Assembly (NCBI GenBank): GCA_027491415.1
Contig: JAOZFH010000063.1
Location: forward strand, 64,414-128,413
Direction: 5' to 3'
Source of the DNA: Thermoproteota archaeon
Lineage (GTDB): Archaea; Korarchaeota; Korarchaeia; Korarchaeales; Korarchaeaceae
Length of the DNA: 64,000 nt
Shown: one piece after another, positions 39,442 through 49,747 of the stretch
Position numbering within the stretch: the stretch's first letter is position 1
Layout: each line of letters opens with the position of its first letter
The notes under the pieces: model-generated
What the model saw: only the letters and a program-made list of their open reading frames with translations
Database searches by the model: none
Told to the model about the DNA's origin: nothing
Position numbers and translations under genes: made by a program

Positions 39442-40058
39442 CCCGCCTCGACGCCCTGGAGGGCGACCTGCAGCCTACCCCTCAGAACCCAAGCCGGCAA
39501 GAGGGCCCTCCTGTCGACCTTGCCGGTCTCCAGGTCTATCTCCACCCCCTCGCGCATGAGGATATAGGCCTTGACGAGGCGGCCGTACGAGTACCCCCCG
39601 ACGGTCAGGTCGGACCTCACGACCCTGTGGCAGGGAACCAGCAGCGGGAAGGGGTTCCTTCCGAGGTTGGAGCCCACCACGCGGGGGGACAGCCCGACTG
39701 CCTTGGCCAGGGCACCGTAGGTCGTAACCCTCCCCCGGGGAATCGCCGAGACTGCGAGCAGGACCCTCCTCATCGACTCCGACTTGGGGGTTTCCAGCTG
39801 AACGTCCCCCGCGTCCACTGCATCCCCCAGGTAGAGCCGGTTCACGAGGGAGGCCACCGTCTCTGCCTGAGGGCCGCAGAAGGGATTTCTCTTGAGCTTC
39901 ACTCTGCCCCACGCCCTCTCGCACGCGATCCTGAGGTGCCTCAGGGCCGACCTCTCGCTCTCCAGGGGAATTGTGTTGCACATCAGCCTAGATCCGCGGA
40001 AGGCGAGCGCGACGAAGCCCTCAGAGACCTGCTCGACGCACACCTCGGCCGTTGGCAT
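39435..40058 (-). CDS. ogt: Methylated-DNA-protein-cysteine methyltransferase
   Basis: IPRGRVTTYG, NPFPLLVPCHRVV, GGY. Confidence 0.94.
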   Translation of the reverse strand: MPTAEVCVEQVSEGFVALAFRGSRLMCNTIPLESERSALRHLRIACERAWGRVKLKRNPFCGPQAETVASLVNRLYLGDAVDAGDVQLETPKSESMRRVLLAVSAIPRGRVTTYGALAKAVGLSPRVVGSNLGRNPFPLLVPCHRVVRSDLTVGGYSYGRLVKAYILMREGVEIDLETGKVDRRALLPAWVLRGRLQVALQGVEAGW

Positions 40059-40127
40059 TCCCCCTTTACCTCGCATGTCGGCGCCGAACCTTATTTAAGA
40101 CGGTGATCGCTGATCAGCGGGCCCTTA

Positions 40128-41177
40128 ATGGAGCTCGTGCGGATAGACGGCAGTTACGGTGAAGGTGGCGGCTCCATCTTCAGGTACGCCCTCGCTCTGG
40201 CCTCCGTGTCGCTCACTCCCGTGGAGGTTTACAACATAAGGGCGAAGAGGAGCAGGCCCGGCCTCAGGCCGCAGCACCTCTCGGCCGCCAGGCTGCTGGT
40301 CCAGATGACCGACGCGGACGTAGAGGGGCTGAGGGTCGGGTCCACGCGTGTCAGGTTCGTCCCCCGAGAGCGGAGGGGTGGGAAGTACGTTCTGGACGTC
40401 GGAACCGCTGGGAGCGTGAGCCTAATAATCCAGGCGATCCTGCCCGTGGCTCTCTTCGCCGACTCCCCAGTGGAGGTCAGGCTGACCGGAGGGACCGACG
40501 TCCCGATGGCGCCTCCGATCGACTACATGAAGTTCGTCTTCGCGAGGAACCTCTGTCTCTTGGGCGCTAAGGTCGAGATTGAGCTCTTGAGAAGAGGCCA
40601 CTACCCGAGGGGGGGCGGGCAGGTGAAGCTGAGGGTGAGCCCCACCCGCACCCTCGCCGCGCTGGAGCTGACGGAGAGGGGAAGGGTTGAGGGCATCTTC
40701 GGCGTCGCGCACGCCGTCAAGCTCCCGAAGCACGTTGCGGAGAGGATAGCCGACTCTGCGTGGAAGCGCCTGCTCGAGGCCGGGGAGAACGCCGACATCA
40801 GGATAGACTGGTCTCCCAACGGGCACCTGGGGCCGGGGGCCGGCATAACGATCTGGGCCAACTGCTCCTCTGGGTCGACGCTTGGAGGGGACTCTCTTGG
40901 GAAGAGGGGCAAGCCCAGCGAGGTGGTCGGCCGGGAGGCCGCCGAGAGCCTGCTCAGAGAGCTGAGGCCAGGCGCCGCGTTCGACAGGCACACCGGGGAC
41001 ATGATAATCCCATACCTAGCCCTGGCGAGGGGCAGGTCCGCCGTGACCCTGACGGAGTTCACCTCGCACGCGGAGTCTAACGTGTGGCTCGTGGGGAGAA
41101 TGCTCGGCGTTGAGTTCGACGTGACGAGGGACGGGCCCAGGTGGCTCCTGAGGGTCGAGGGGAGGGGGGTGAGCTGA
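40128..41177 (+). CDS. rtcA: RNA 3'-terminal phosphate cyclase
   Basis: DGSYGEGGG, PGLRPQH, GGTDV, RGHYPRGGG, DRH.GD, TSH. Confidence 0.96.
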   Translation: MELVRIDGSYGEGGGSIFRYALALASVSLTPVEVYNIRAKRSRPGLRPQHLSAARLLVQMTDADVEGLRVGSTRVRFVPRERRGGKYVLDVGTAGSVSLIIQAILPVALFADSPVEVRLTGGTDVPMAPPIDYMKFVFARNLCLLGAKVEIELLRRGHYPRGGGQVKLRVSPTRTLAALELTERGRVEGIFGVAHAVKLPKHVAERIADSAWKRLLEAGENADIRIDWSPNGHLGPGAGITIWANCSSGSTLGGDSLGKRGKPSEVVGREAAESLLRELRPGAAFDRHTGDMIIPYLALARGRSAVTLTEFTSHAESNVWLVGRMLGVEFDVTRDGPRWLLRVEGRGVS

Positions 41178-41178
41178 G

Positions 41179-42888
41179 CTGGACGACGGGGAGGTCGATG
41201 AGAGGGTCAAGCAGGTGGCCGAGGCGGCCGGAGTATCCGAGGAGGAGATCAAGGAGAGGATGAAGAGGTACGTCGACGAGTTCAGGGGCCTGCTGAAGCC
41301 GGACGCGGCCCTGATACTGGTGGCCACGGACCTCGGGGTCAGCATTCAGGAGACTCCAACCGAGCGGCCAGAGTCCGTGCTCCAGATAGCGAGCCTGTTC
41401 CCGGGCATGTCTCGCGTGAAGTTGAGGGGGAGGATAACCAGGATGCACGGGGTCATAGAGTTCACGAGGAGAGACGGCGCGCCGGGCGAGAGGGCGGAGT
41501 TCCGACTGGCCGACGAGACCGGCGTCGTCCTAGTCGTCGTTTGGTCCAAGGACCTCATCGAGATGATCAGGTCGGGGGAGGTGCGAGAGGGGGACGTGGT
41601 GGAGATCAGCGGGGGCCGCGTGAGGCCGAGGGGTAACATGCTGACGGTGCACCTGGACTCCCGCTCGACCGTGAGGCGCCTAGAGGGGGAGTTCCCGGAA
41701 CTCCCCGTGGAAGACGTGGAACCCCTGTCGGTGGCCGAGATCACGGAGGATCTGGCCGGGCAGGAGGTCGACGTTAGGGGGGTCCTCAGCAGCGCGAGCG
41801 CCCCGAGGGAGTTCGAGAGGAAGGATGGACGCCCCGGGATGATAGCCAGCGCCGTCTTGGCCGACGAGAAGGTCGACGAGGACATCAGGCTGGTGATGTG
41901 GGACTACAAGTCCCGGCTCCTGGAGGACGTTCCACTGGGCTCCGTGGTGGAGGTCAGGTCCGTCAGGGTCGCGGTTAGGGACGAGTCCATAGAGCTTCAC
42001 AGCACGCCGAGGACCGACGTCAGGGTAATACAGCCCGGGGAGGGTGGGAGAACCGCCCAAGAGGTTGAGGGGAATGTGATATACGTATTCGAGCCCAGCG
42101 AGACTTTCTCAAGGGCAGGAAGGCGAACGGTCGTGGACTTCGTGCTTGCCACGCCCGACGGCCCTGTCCTGGCGCGGGCCTGGGGGGCGCGGGCCGAAGA
42201 GGTACTCTCGATTCGCCTGCCAGCCAGGGTCAGGCTGGTGAACCACTTCTGGACGATAAGGGATGGAGACCGCGTGCTCAACGTCGGGGACTACGGGAGG
42301 ATAGAGGTGCTGGCGGAGGGAGAGGGGAGGGTTCCGGAGTCCGCGGCCAGAATAGCCCACTCTTTGAAGTACAAGAGGACGTGGCTCGAGTTGACTGAGG
42401 GGGAGGGGTTCCGCGAGGTCAGGGGGACGGTCCTCGGGGTCTCCGACCCGGTGAGGATCCTGTGGTACTGCCCGGAGTGCGGCTCCAGGGTCGCGAAGGA
42501 GTACGGCATCTTCCAGTGCCCCAACTGTGGGGAGATCGCCGAGGCCGTGCCCAGGCCGATCTTCCACCTGACGATCGACGATGGGACGGGGGTTGCCCGG
42601 GTGATCTTCATCGGGAGGAAGGCCGAGGAACTCCTAGGGAAGACCGTCCAAGACATGTTGGAGGAGATAGAGCAGCAGGGGTACGAAGAGGACTCGTATC
42701 CGGCCGACGAGCTGGCGAAGAGACTCGTGGGAAGGGAGGTGGTGGCCAGGGGCAGGCTGAGGTACCAAGAGGACACCGGGCTCATCAAGCTGTTCGCCGA
42801 GTCGATGGACTTCGCCGACCCGAAGAGCGAGGTCAGGCTCCTTTTGAGCGAGATCGAGCGGATGAGGGGGAGTATGAGTGCCGGCTAG
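41179..42888 (+). CDS. rpa: Replication protein A-like ssDNA-binding protein (multiple OB folds + Zn finger)
   Basis: LADETG..VVW and LADE...LVMW OB folds; CPECG..CPNCG; DDGTG. The frame is open to CTG 41179; the ORF track starts at GTG 41215. Confidence 0.88.
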   Translation: MDDGEVDERVKQVAEAAGVSEEEIKERMKRYVDEFRGLLKPDAALILVATDLGVSIQETPTERPESVLQIASLFPGMSRVKLRGRITRMHGVIEFTRRDGAPGERAEFRLADETGVVLVVVWSKDLIEMIRSGEVREGDVVEISGGRVRPRGNMLTVHLDSRSTVRRLEGEFPELPVEDVEPLSVAEITEDLAGQEVDVRGVLSSASAPREFERKDGRPGMIASAVLADEKVDEDIRLVMWDYKSRLLEDVPLGSVVEVRSVRVAVRDESIELHSTPRTDVRVIQPGEGGRTAQEVEGNVIYVFEPSETFSRAGRRTVVDFVLATPDGPVLARAWGARAEEVLSIRLPARVRLVNHFWTIRDGDRVLNVGDYGRIEVLAEGEGRVPESAARIAHSLKYKRTWLELTEGEGFREVRGTVLGVSDPVRILWYCPECGSRVAKEYGIFQCPNCGEIAEAVPRPIFHLTIDDGTGVARVIFIGRKAEELLGKTVQDMLEEIEQQGYEEDSYPADELAKRLVGREVVARGRLRYQEDTGLIKLFAESMDFADPKSEVRLLLSEIERMRGSMSAG

Positions 42889-43540
42889 GGTCGTCGTGGA
42901 CTCCAACGAGCCGATGGAGATATACGAAGCTCTCAAGAGCCTCCTCAACAGCGTCGACAGGAGGAGGCTGGAGCCCTGCGACTACCTGATTGGGGGAGAG
43001 GTCTGCATTGAGAGGAAGACCCCCCGAGACTTCTTGAACTCGATATACGACGGCAGGGTGTTCGATCAGGTAAAGAGAATCTTGGAGGTGTACGAGAGGG
43101 CGATCCTCCTGATAGAGGGGCCTTTCCTGGGCCTGACCCAGAGGGAGGGGCGCGTGATCGCGGGGGCCATGGCGGGCCTCCTGCGGATGGGCGCGAGCGT
43201 GGTCTGCCTGACGGACCGGGACCAGACTTGCTGGTTCATTGCCGCGCTGGCCAGGGAGGGGCAGGGCGGTCCCGTGGTGGCGAGGAGGCGGCCCAAGCTA
43301 GCGAGCCTGTCCGAGGCGCAGCTCTACGTGTTGACCAGCGTCCCCGGCATAGGCCCCAAGAGCGCGGAGGCCCTCCTCAAGAGGTTCGGGACGCTCAAGA
43401 GAGTCTTCCAGGCCAGCTTCCCAGAACTCAGGTCGGTGATTGGCGAGAAGAGGGCGCAGAGGCTGAGGTCTCTCCTGGAGGCTCGCTACACCGGTCAGAC
43501 GGAAGGGGAAGGGGGCGGATCCCTCGCCCGGTTTGAGTGA
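42878..43540 (+). CDS. xpf: XPF/ERCC4 endonuclease, short form with HhH
   Basis: VDSNE, DY, IERKT..DF, PGIGPK; PIP-like C-terminal SLARF. Confidence 0.92.
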   Translation: MPARVVVDSNEPMEIYEALKSLLNSVDRRRLEPCDYLIGGEVCIERKTPRDFLNSIYDGRVFDQVKRILEVYERAILLIEGPFLGLTQREGRVIAGAMAGLLRMGASVVCLTDRDQTCWFIAALAREGQGGPVVARRRPKLASLSEAQLYVLTSVPGIGPKSAEALLKRFGTLKRVFQASFPELRSVIGEKRAQRLRSLLEARYTGQTEGEGGGSLARFE

Positions 43541-43546
43541 GGTGGA

Positions 43547-44854
43547 TTAGGGGGTCAGCCTCGTCGGCGTCCTCGGGAAGGCCACCGCGTCCCTGATGTG
43601 CGGTATGCCTGCGATCCACCTGACGGTCCTCTCGACGCCGAGGCCGAAGCCGGCGTGGGGGACCGAACCGTACCTCCTCAGGTCGAGGTACCACTCGTAG
43701 TCCTCAACCCTGAGGCCCTCCTCCCTGATCCTCGCCACCAGCTCGTCGTAGGAGTGTATCCTCTGTCCGCCGCCTATTATCTCCCCTATACCCTCGGGGG
43801 CGAGGAGGTCCGCGCAGAGGACCACCTCGGGTCTCGCTGGGTCGGGCGCGTGGTAGAAGGCCTTGGCCTGCTTCGGATACCTGTAGACGAAGACCGGCCT
43901 GTCGAACTCCAGCGACACGGCCCTCTCAGCCTCGGTGGACATGTCGTCCCCCCACTCGATCTGAACTCCCTTGGACTGGGCTATGTCTATGGCCTCGTCG
44001 TAGGAGATCCGAGGATAGGGCCTCTGAGGCGGCTCGAACTTCCTCCCGAGTATCTCAAGCTCCTCCTTCCTGTTCTCGTACACCCGCTGAACCGCGTGAT
44101 CCACCAGAGCCTCCGCGACGTCCATCATCGCGTCGAGGTCGTGCCAGGCCATCTCGGCCTCGGCGTGCCAGAACTCGGTGAGGTGCCTCCTGGTTCTGGA
44201 CTTCTCCGCCCTGAAACTCGGCTGGATTGTGTAGACCTTCTCAAAGGTGAAGATCGCGGCCTCAAGGTAGAACTGGGAACTCTGGGTGAGGTAGGCCTTC
44301 CTGCCGAAGTAGTTAAGCTCGAAGAGGGTGGCGCCTCCCTCGACCGCGGCGCTCACGAATGTTGGAGCCTCGACGGAGACAAAGCCGTTGGAGTCGAACC
44401 ACTCCCTCAGGCCCGCGATGAACTCGGCCCTTATCTTCAGGGCCGCCCACATCCTCCTGCTCCTGATGTCTAGGTGCCTCTTGTCGAGCCTGAACTCCAC
44501 GCCGGTGTCCTTCTTTATGGGGAAGTCTGGGGACTCGCCGACCAGACTAGCCCTGGTGACCCTTATCTCCACGCCGCCCGGGGCCCTAGGGTCGAGCCTC
44601 ACGACGCCCGCGAGCTTCACAGAGGCCTCGACATCCGCCTTCTTGGCCGCCTCCCAGCTGTTGGGGTCTACCTCCTCGGACCTGACGACCGCCTGGATTA
44701 TGCCCGTGGCGTCCCTCAGCACTATGAAGATGACGGAGCCCAGATCTCGATAGCGGTAGACCCAGCCGGCCAGGCCGACCTCCTGTCCCTCCAGGTCGGG
44801 CCCGACCTGAGAGATCAGGTGCGTCCTCGCCACGTCCCCCGACCCAGAAGACAT
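43547..44854 (-). CDS. asnS: Asparagine--tRNA ligase
   Basis: YLTQSSQFYLE, FRAEKSRTRRHLTEFWH, EIIGGGQR, GSVPHAGFGLGVER. Confidence 0.93.
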   Translation of the reverse strand: MSSGSGDVARTHLISQVGPDLEGQEVGLAGWVYRYRDLGSVIFIVLRDATGIIQAVVRSEEVDPNSWEAAKKADVEASVKLAGVVRLDPRAPGGVEIRVTRASLVGESPDFPIKKDTGVEFRLDKRHLDIRSRRMWAALKIRAEFIAGLREWFDSNGFVSVEAPTFVSAAVEGGATLFELNYFGRKAYLTQSSQFYLEAAIFTFEKVYTIQPSFRAEKSRTRRHLTEFWHAEAEMAWHDLDAMMDVAEALVDHAVQRVYENRKEELEILGRKFEPPQRPYPRISYDEAIDIAQSKGVQIEWGDDMSTEAERAVSLEFDRPVFVYRYPKQAKAFYHAPDPARPEVVLCADLLAPEGIGEIIGGGQRIHSYDELVARIREEGLRVEDYEWYLDLRRYGSVPHAGFGLGVERTVRWIAGIPHIRDAVAFPRTPTRLTP

Positions 44855-44918
44855 TCTCAGCCCATCCCGCAGATCCGCTTATTTAAATGGTTCCGCGGGT
44901 CAGCCGGAGGGTCCCAAG

Positions 44919-46256
44919 GTGACAACCACGGGTCTCAGGAGGTCCCTAGAGGTCCTTGAGGAGGCGGGGCTGCTGAGAGTTTTTGGGGATAGGCTCAGCG
45001 TGGATTACGAGATAGCCAAGAGGCTGGCGTCGACGGAAGGCCGCTCTGCCGCCCTATTCACATCTCCTGTGCTCAGGTCAGGGGAGATCAGTCAGTTTAG
45101 GGTAGTGGGAGGGGTGGCGTCCAGCAGGGAACTGATGGCTAGGCTCTTGGGCGTTAACCCCAGGGAGATCTGGCGTGTCCTCCGGTCGGCGGTGGGCGGA
45201 GGAGTATCGCCAAGCCCTGGCCACGCTCCAGAGTGGGACTTGAAGGTGGAGCCGGTGAGCTTGGAGAGGATCCCAATACTGAGGCACTACGTTGGAGAGG
45301 CCGGCCCGTACGTCACAGCAGGGATAGTGGTGGTCAGGGACGAGGTCAGGGGGGCATACTCCGCCTCATACCACAGGATGATGCCGATCGCCAGGGACAG
45401 GGTGGTGCTGAGGGCCGTCGAGGGCAGGAAGCTCCACAGGCTGATAACTGAAGCGGAGGCGGAGGGGAGGCCCCTCGACGTCGCCGTGGCGATCGGCGTG
45501 GGGCCCGGCCTGATGCTGGCCGGCGCGATCCCGGCTGAGGACAGGGACAAGCTCGCGATTGCCGGCGCCGTGGAAGGAAGGCCTGTCAGGCTCACGCCGT
45601 GCGAGAGCGTCGACGCGGACGCTCCTGTCGAGGCCGAGATCCTATTGGAGGGTCGGATACTGCCCGGAGAGCGGGCGGACGAGGGCCCGTTCTACGAGAT
45701 CTTCGGAAAGGACATAGTACGGAAGCAGCCCGTTATGGAGATTAAGTCCATCAGGGCGCGGTCTGACGCCATCTATCAGGCAATCCTGCCCGGCGGGAGG
45801 GAGCACGAGCTCTTGATGGGTCTCCCCGTCGAGCCGATCCTGTGGGAGGCCGCCTCCAGGCACGCCAAAGTGGTTGGGGTTGCCATGACCCCCGCCGGCG
45901 GCAGGTGGATAGAGGCGGCCGTGGCCATCGAGAAGGAGTACGAGGGTCAGGCCGTCCAGGTTGCCCTGGCCATGATGGCGGCCCACAAGAGCCTGAAGAG
46001 GGTCATAGTCGTGGACTCCGACGTGGATGTCTACGACTACGAGCAGCTCATGAGGGCTGTCGTCCAGAGGACCTACCCGCCCAGGGACTTCATAGTGATC
46101 GGGAACGTCCTCGGCTCCTCCCTCGACCACAGCAACCTCGCGCTCGTAGAGATCGACGGAGAGGTCCGAAGGGTGCGGCTTCCCTATGCAAAGATGATCA
46201 TCGACGCTACGATAAAGGGACCCAGAGAGCTCTACGAGAGGCCGAAATTCGGCTGA
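44919..46256 (+). CDS. UbiD-family prFMN decarboxylase (possibly anhydromevalonate-phosphate decarboxylase)
   Basis: GPYVTAG, SYHR, EILLEG, EGPF.E, VVDSDVDV, KMIIDAT. Confidence 0.88.
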   Translation: MTTTGLRRSLEVLEEAGLLRVFGDRLSVDYEIAKRLASTEGRSAALFTSPVLRSGEISQFRVVGGVASSRELMARLLGVNPREIWRVLRSAVGGGVSPSPGHAPEWDLKVEPVSLERIPILRHYVGEAGPYVTAGIVVVRDEVRGAYSASYHRMMPIARDRVVLRAVEGRKLHRLITEAEAEGRPLDVAVAIGVGPGLMLAGAIPAEDRDKLAIAGAVEGRPVRLTPCESVDADAPVEAEILLEGRILPGERADEGPFYEIFGKDIVRKQPVMEIKSIRARSDAIYQAILPGGREHELLMGLPVEPILWEAASRHAKVVGVAMTPAGGRWIEAAVAIEKEYEGQAVQVALAMMAAHKSLKRVIVVDSDVDVYDYEQLMRAVVQRTYPPRDFIVIGNVLGSSLDHSNLALVEIDGEVRRVRLPYAKMIIDATIKGPRELYERPKFG

Positions 46257-46319
46257 GAGTCACGGATAGATTAATTAACCCGGATCGCCGACGGCTAAGT
46301 GAGAAGGGGAGGGCAAGGA

Positions 46320-47441
46320 GTGGCTAGGAGGCCCAAGGTTATCACGGTGATGGTGAAGACCAACCCCCACGACCATCACCTCTACAAGATCCAGATGGGG
46401 GAGCTGGAGAACCTGCTCCAGACGCTGGGCTACGCGCCAGTCTACCGTATGATCCAAGTCAGGACGAAGCCAACCGTCAACTACGTTCTGGGCAGGGGCA
46501 AGGTCGAGGAACTCCGAGAGAAGGTCAGGCAGATAGACCCAGCCCTCGTGGTGTTCTACAACACGCTGACGAGCAAGCAGAAGTGGAACCTCGAGGGGGC
46601 CCTCGGCGTCGAGGTGGTTGACAGGTATGAGGTCACCCTCAGGATCTTCAGGGAGGCGGCCAGCGACGTCATCTCCAAGCTCCAGATAGACCTGGCCGCC
46701 CTCAGCAAGGCCCTCCCCTACATCAAGCTGGCCGCCGCGAAGAAGTTCCTGAGGATGCGCGCCGGCTTCCTCGGCGGGGGTGAGTACGCCTACCACAGGG
46801 CGGTGAACGCGGTCCAGAGGAGGATGAAGATCCTCCGGAGGAAGATCGAGAGGCTGGAGAGGCAGAAGCTGGAGAGGGTGAGGAAGCGCCTGGAGTCCGG
46901 CGGGAAGATCGTGGTCATATCCGGCTACTACAACGCTGGCAAGACCAGCCTGTTCAACGCCCTCACAGGTCTGGACAAGCCGGTCAGCCCTCAACCGTTT
47001 ACCACGCTGTCTAGCAAGTACGCTGGCCTCATGGATGGCCAGGTCTACCTGGTAGACACGATTGGATTCGTGCTCGACCTCGACCCGAGGCTCATCCACT
47101 CGTTCAGGCTGAACGTGATCGACATGCAGTACTCTCAGCTCGCCCTGATGGTCGTCGACGTCGCTGACAATCCTGAGGTGGCCGAGGTGAAGATATCAGA
47201 GTCGCTCAGGCTGCTCAGGGAACTCGGGAAGGGCCCTGAGGACATCCTCGTTGTGTTCAACAAGGCCGACCTGCTCGACGACTCCACGCTCAGGACGAGG
47301 GTCAGGGACTACGTGAGTCTGATCGAGGAGGCCCCCCACATAACCGTGTCGGCCAAGACCGGTCTGGGCCTGAAGAGGCTTGTGGGTAAGATTGCGGAGC
47401 AGCTGGAGGGCAGGGGCGTGGTGCTCCCGGAGGTCCCGTAA
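46320..47441 (+). CDS. hflX: HflX-family GTPase
   Basis: GRGKVEE, IF...A, GYYNAGKTS, FTTL, DTIGF, NKAD, VSAKTG. Confidence 0.9.
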   Translation: MARRPKVITVMVKTNPHDHHLYKIQMGELENLLQTLGYAPVYRMIQVRTKPTVNYVLGRGKVEELREKVRQIDPALVVFYNTLTSKQKWNLEGALGVEVVDRYEVTLRIFREAASDVISKLQIDLAALSKALPYIKLAAAKKFLRMRAGFLGGGEYAYHRAVNAVQRRMKILRRKIERLERQKLERVRKRLESGGKIVVISGYYNAGKTSLFNALTGLDKPVSPQPFTTLSSKYAGLMDGQVYLVDTIGFVLDLDPRLIHSFRLNVIDMQYSQLALMVVDVADNPEVAEVKISESLRLLRELGKGPEDILVVFNKADLLDDSTLRTRVRDYVSLIEEAPHITVSAKTGLGLKRLVGKIAEQLEGRGVVLPEVP

Positions 47442-47482
47442 CCTTTATACCATAAGTGGATATCTGCCCATTTGTAGCCACT

Positions 47483-48058
47483 ATGGATCGGCCGGCCCAG
47501 AGACCCGATGTCAACGGAAAGGCGGTCTTCGCGGGCATGCTGGGGGCGCTAGGGAACGCCCTCGCGGTGCTTTCAATGGAAGTTGGGAACATCCACCCGC
47601 AGATCGCGCTTGACCTCTCCCACCTCGCCACGATAGTAGCCGCGTACGCCCTGGGGCCAGCCTGGGGGGCCCTGACCGGCGCACTAGTGGCGGCCTTCCC
47701 GTTCGTCAGGTTCTCCCTGATGGGATACCTCCCGATAGTGATCGGCCTGCTGATATTTCCGGGAAAGGCCATGACGGGCTTCTTCGTCGGGACTTTGGGG
47801 AGAAAGCTTCGACCCTCGCTCGCGGTCCCCTTGGGATACGTCCCAGAGTCCGTATTCACCTACGCAACGCTGGAACTCGCGAGGAGGGCCCTGCTCCCTC
47901 CCGAGCAGGCGGCCTTCCTGTCGAGGGGGGTTATTCTTGGGATACTCCTGAAGGCCTGGGTCGAGATCTTGGTGTTGGCCGGAATTGCGGAAATCCTGGT
48001 GGTCAGGGTGCTAAGAACTCAGACGTTACTTAGAGAGTCCAACGCGCCGAGGGCGTGA
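47483..48058 (+). CDS. ECF transporter S-component-like membrane protein
   Basis: About 5-6 TM helices; LDLSHLA...ALGPAWGALTG. Confidence 0.7.
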   Translation: MDRPAQRPDVNGKAVFAGMLGALGNALAVLSMEVGNIHPQIALDLSHLATIVAAYALGPAWGALTGALVAAFPFVRFSLMGYLPIVIGLLIFPGKAMTGFFVGTLGRKLRPSLAVPLGYVPESVFTYATLELARRALLPPEQAAFLSRGVILGILLKAWVEILVLAGIAEILVVRVLRTQTLLRESNAPRA

Positions 48059-48906
48059 GCCACCAACTTTGCGACGAGGTATGGGGCGTCGGGCCGGGCA
48101 CGGCAGTCACCTAGCTCTACGAAGTCGAGTGCGACTGGCCTCACCGCTCGCATTATGAGTTCGAGGGCCCAGACGGCCTCGTACCAGTCGAGGCCTCCAG
48201 GCTCCGGACAGCCCGTGCAGGGTACCAGTGAGGGGTCAAGGACGTCGACGTCAAAGCTGATGTAGGCCCGCATTCCCTGGAGATTCTCGAGCGCGGCGGC
48301 CAGCTTGGAGAGATTCTTCTTTAGCTCCCACGCCCAGATGATCTCGACCTTCCTCTCTCGCGCGACCCTCACCTCCTCCCGACCGGCGGCCCTGGCGCCC
48401 ACCACCATCGACGCGACAGCCCGCTCCGAGCACCTGGCAGTGACGGATGCGTGACCCAGTGGACTTCCCTCGAACTCTCCGTACGAGTCCAGGTGAGCAT
48501 CTAAGCTGATGAACGCGAGGCGCCCCGTCGACTGAGCCCCCAGGAACGCGCCTATCGTCACGCTGTGATCTCCCCCGAGGATTATCGGAACCTTCCCATC
48601 TGAGACTATCGACCGCGTTAGGTCTTCGACGAGCCTCAAGGCCTTGTCGTGATCAGCCCTGGGAACCGAGGTCTCAGGAAGAGTGTGGATGGGCAGCTCA
48701 GACAGGTCGCGTCCCGTGTAGGGGTCAAAGGTCTCTAAGAGGGCGGAGCTGTCTATTATCTGCCTCGGGCCGAACCTAGCCCCAGGCCGGCAACTGGCGG
48801 TGGAGTCGTAGGGTACGGGCAAGATGACGTAGCGTGCGTCCTCGTAGGGAACACTATACCCCAGAAAGGCTCGCTCTGGGCCCCAAGGCCCCTTCGGCCT
48901 GGTCAT
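48019..48906 (-). CDS. speB: Agmatinase / arginase family
   Basis: PGARFGP, GGDHS, DAHLD, SFDVDVLDP, PEPGGL. Confidence 0.9.
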   Translation of the reverse strand: MTRPKGPWGPERAFLGYSVPYEDARYVILPVPYDSTASCRPGARFGPRQIIDSSALLETFDPYTGRDLSELPIHTLPETSVPRADHDKALRLVEDLTRSIVSDGKVPIILGGDHSVTIGAFLGAQSTGRLAFISLDAHLDSYGEFEGSPLGHASVTARCSERAVASMVVGARAAGREEVRVARERKVEIIWAWELKKNLSKLAAALENLQGMRAYISFDVDVLDPSLVPCTGCPEPGGLDWYEAVWALELIMRAVRPVALDFVELGDCRARPDAPYLVAKLVAHALGALDSLSNV

Positions 48907-48925
48907 CCAGGACCGCTACCCCAGC

Positions 48926-49111
48926 TCAGCCGGATACGACGGTCCCTTTAACCTTCTCCGGGCGGGACTCACCCTTGGCCCTAGTAACCTCCACCTCCAC
49001 TGGTGGCTCGAACTCGGGCCTTGAGGCGAGGTAGAGGTACATCACGTACAAGGCGGTATCCCAGTCATCGGCTACAATGGGGGACACACCATCGATGTAA
49101 TCGATCTCCAT
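48926..49111 (-). CDS. Small hypothetical protein (61 aa)
   Basis: Strong SD GGGGGTGAT before ATG; directly upstream of speB. Confidence 0.5.
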   Translation of the reverse strand: MEIDYIDGVSPIVADDWDTALYVMYLYLASRPEFEPPVEVEVTRAKGESRPEKVKGTVVSG

Positions 49112-49495
49112 CCCATCACCCCCCGTTTCTTAGTAGATCGGAACCTAATAAACTAAGCTTCGTCATTAGACATCGGTCGTTTTGTAGCCGGACGTAGGAT
49201 ATACTCGCCGATAATATTGTCCTCTATCCGAGATTTATGTTAAACTGGCCGGTCTATTCACCACCCTCTATCCTAAAGCTATATTTTACACCTGTGAAAT
49301 GTTACTCCCTTGAATCGGAGGCTCTGAGGGTCCAGATGAGCCGGGTTCATCGCATATCGCCTCACATACTGTCCTGCAGAGATCCATGTCTGTTTGAATC
49401 ATTATTTTCCAAGTAATATGCGAAAATCCTTAAATATCTGCAGACCCCTGTGCCACCTCGCCCCGCTCGGGGCAGAGCGGAGGTGGGGTGAGGTC

Positions 49496-49747
49496 ATGTC
49501 TGCCAGACGAGTCGGTGTGCCGATGACCGACCGGATACTGGAGTTCCTGGAGCAGAGGCAGCCCGGGCTGAAGAGCCAGGTCTGGAAGATCTTCTATCCC
49601 ATGAGGGAGACTGACCCGATTGAGGTCAGCGTCAAGCCCGGAGCGCTGGGCGGAAGCACCCTGGAGCTCCAGTTTGAGGGCATGACCCTCCTCGTCAAGG
49701 AGGAGGCCATGCCCGAGAGGGGCGGAAGGCCCGAGAGGGGCTTCTGA
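49496..49747 (+). CDS. Small hypothetical protein (83 aa)
   Basis: SD GGGGTGA, TATA CTTAAATA (~49428-49435), downstream hairpin with T-tract. Confidence 0.7.
   Translation: MSARRVGVPMTDRILEFLEQRQPGLKSQVWKIFYPMRETDPIEVSVKPGALGGSTLELQFEGMTLLVKEEAMPERGGRPERGF

Noticed and set aside
49112-49495. AT-rich region as a replication origin
   Set aside because: No ORB-like repeats recognised and no cdc6/orc1 or WhiP gene nearby.
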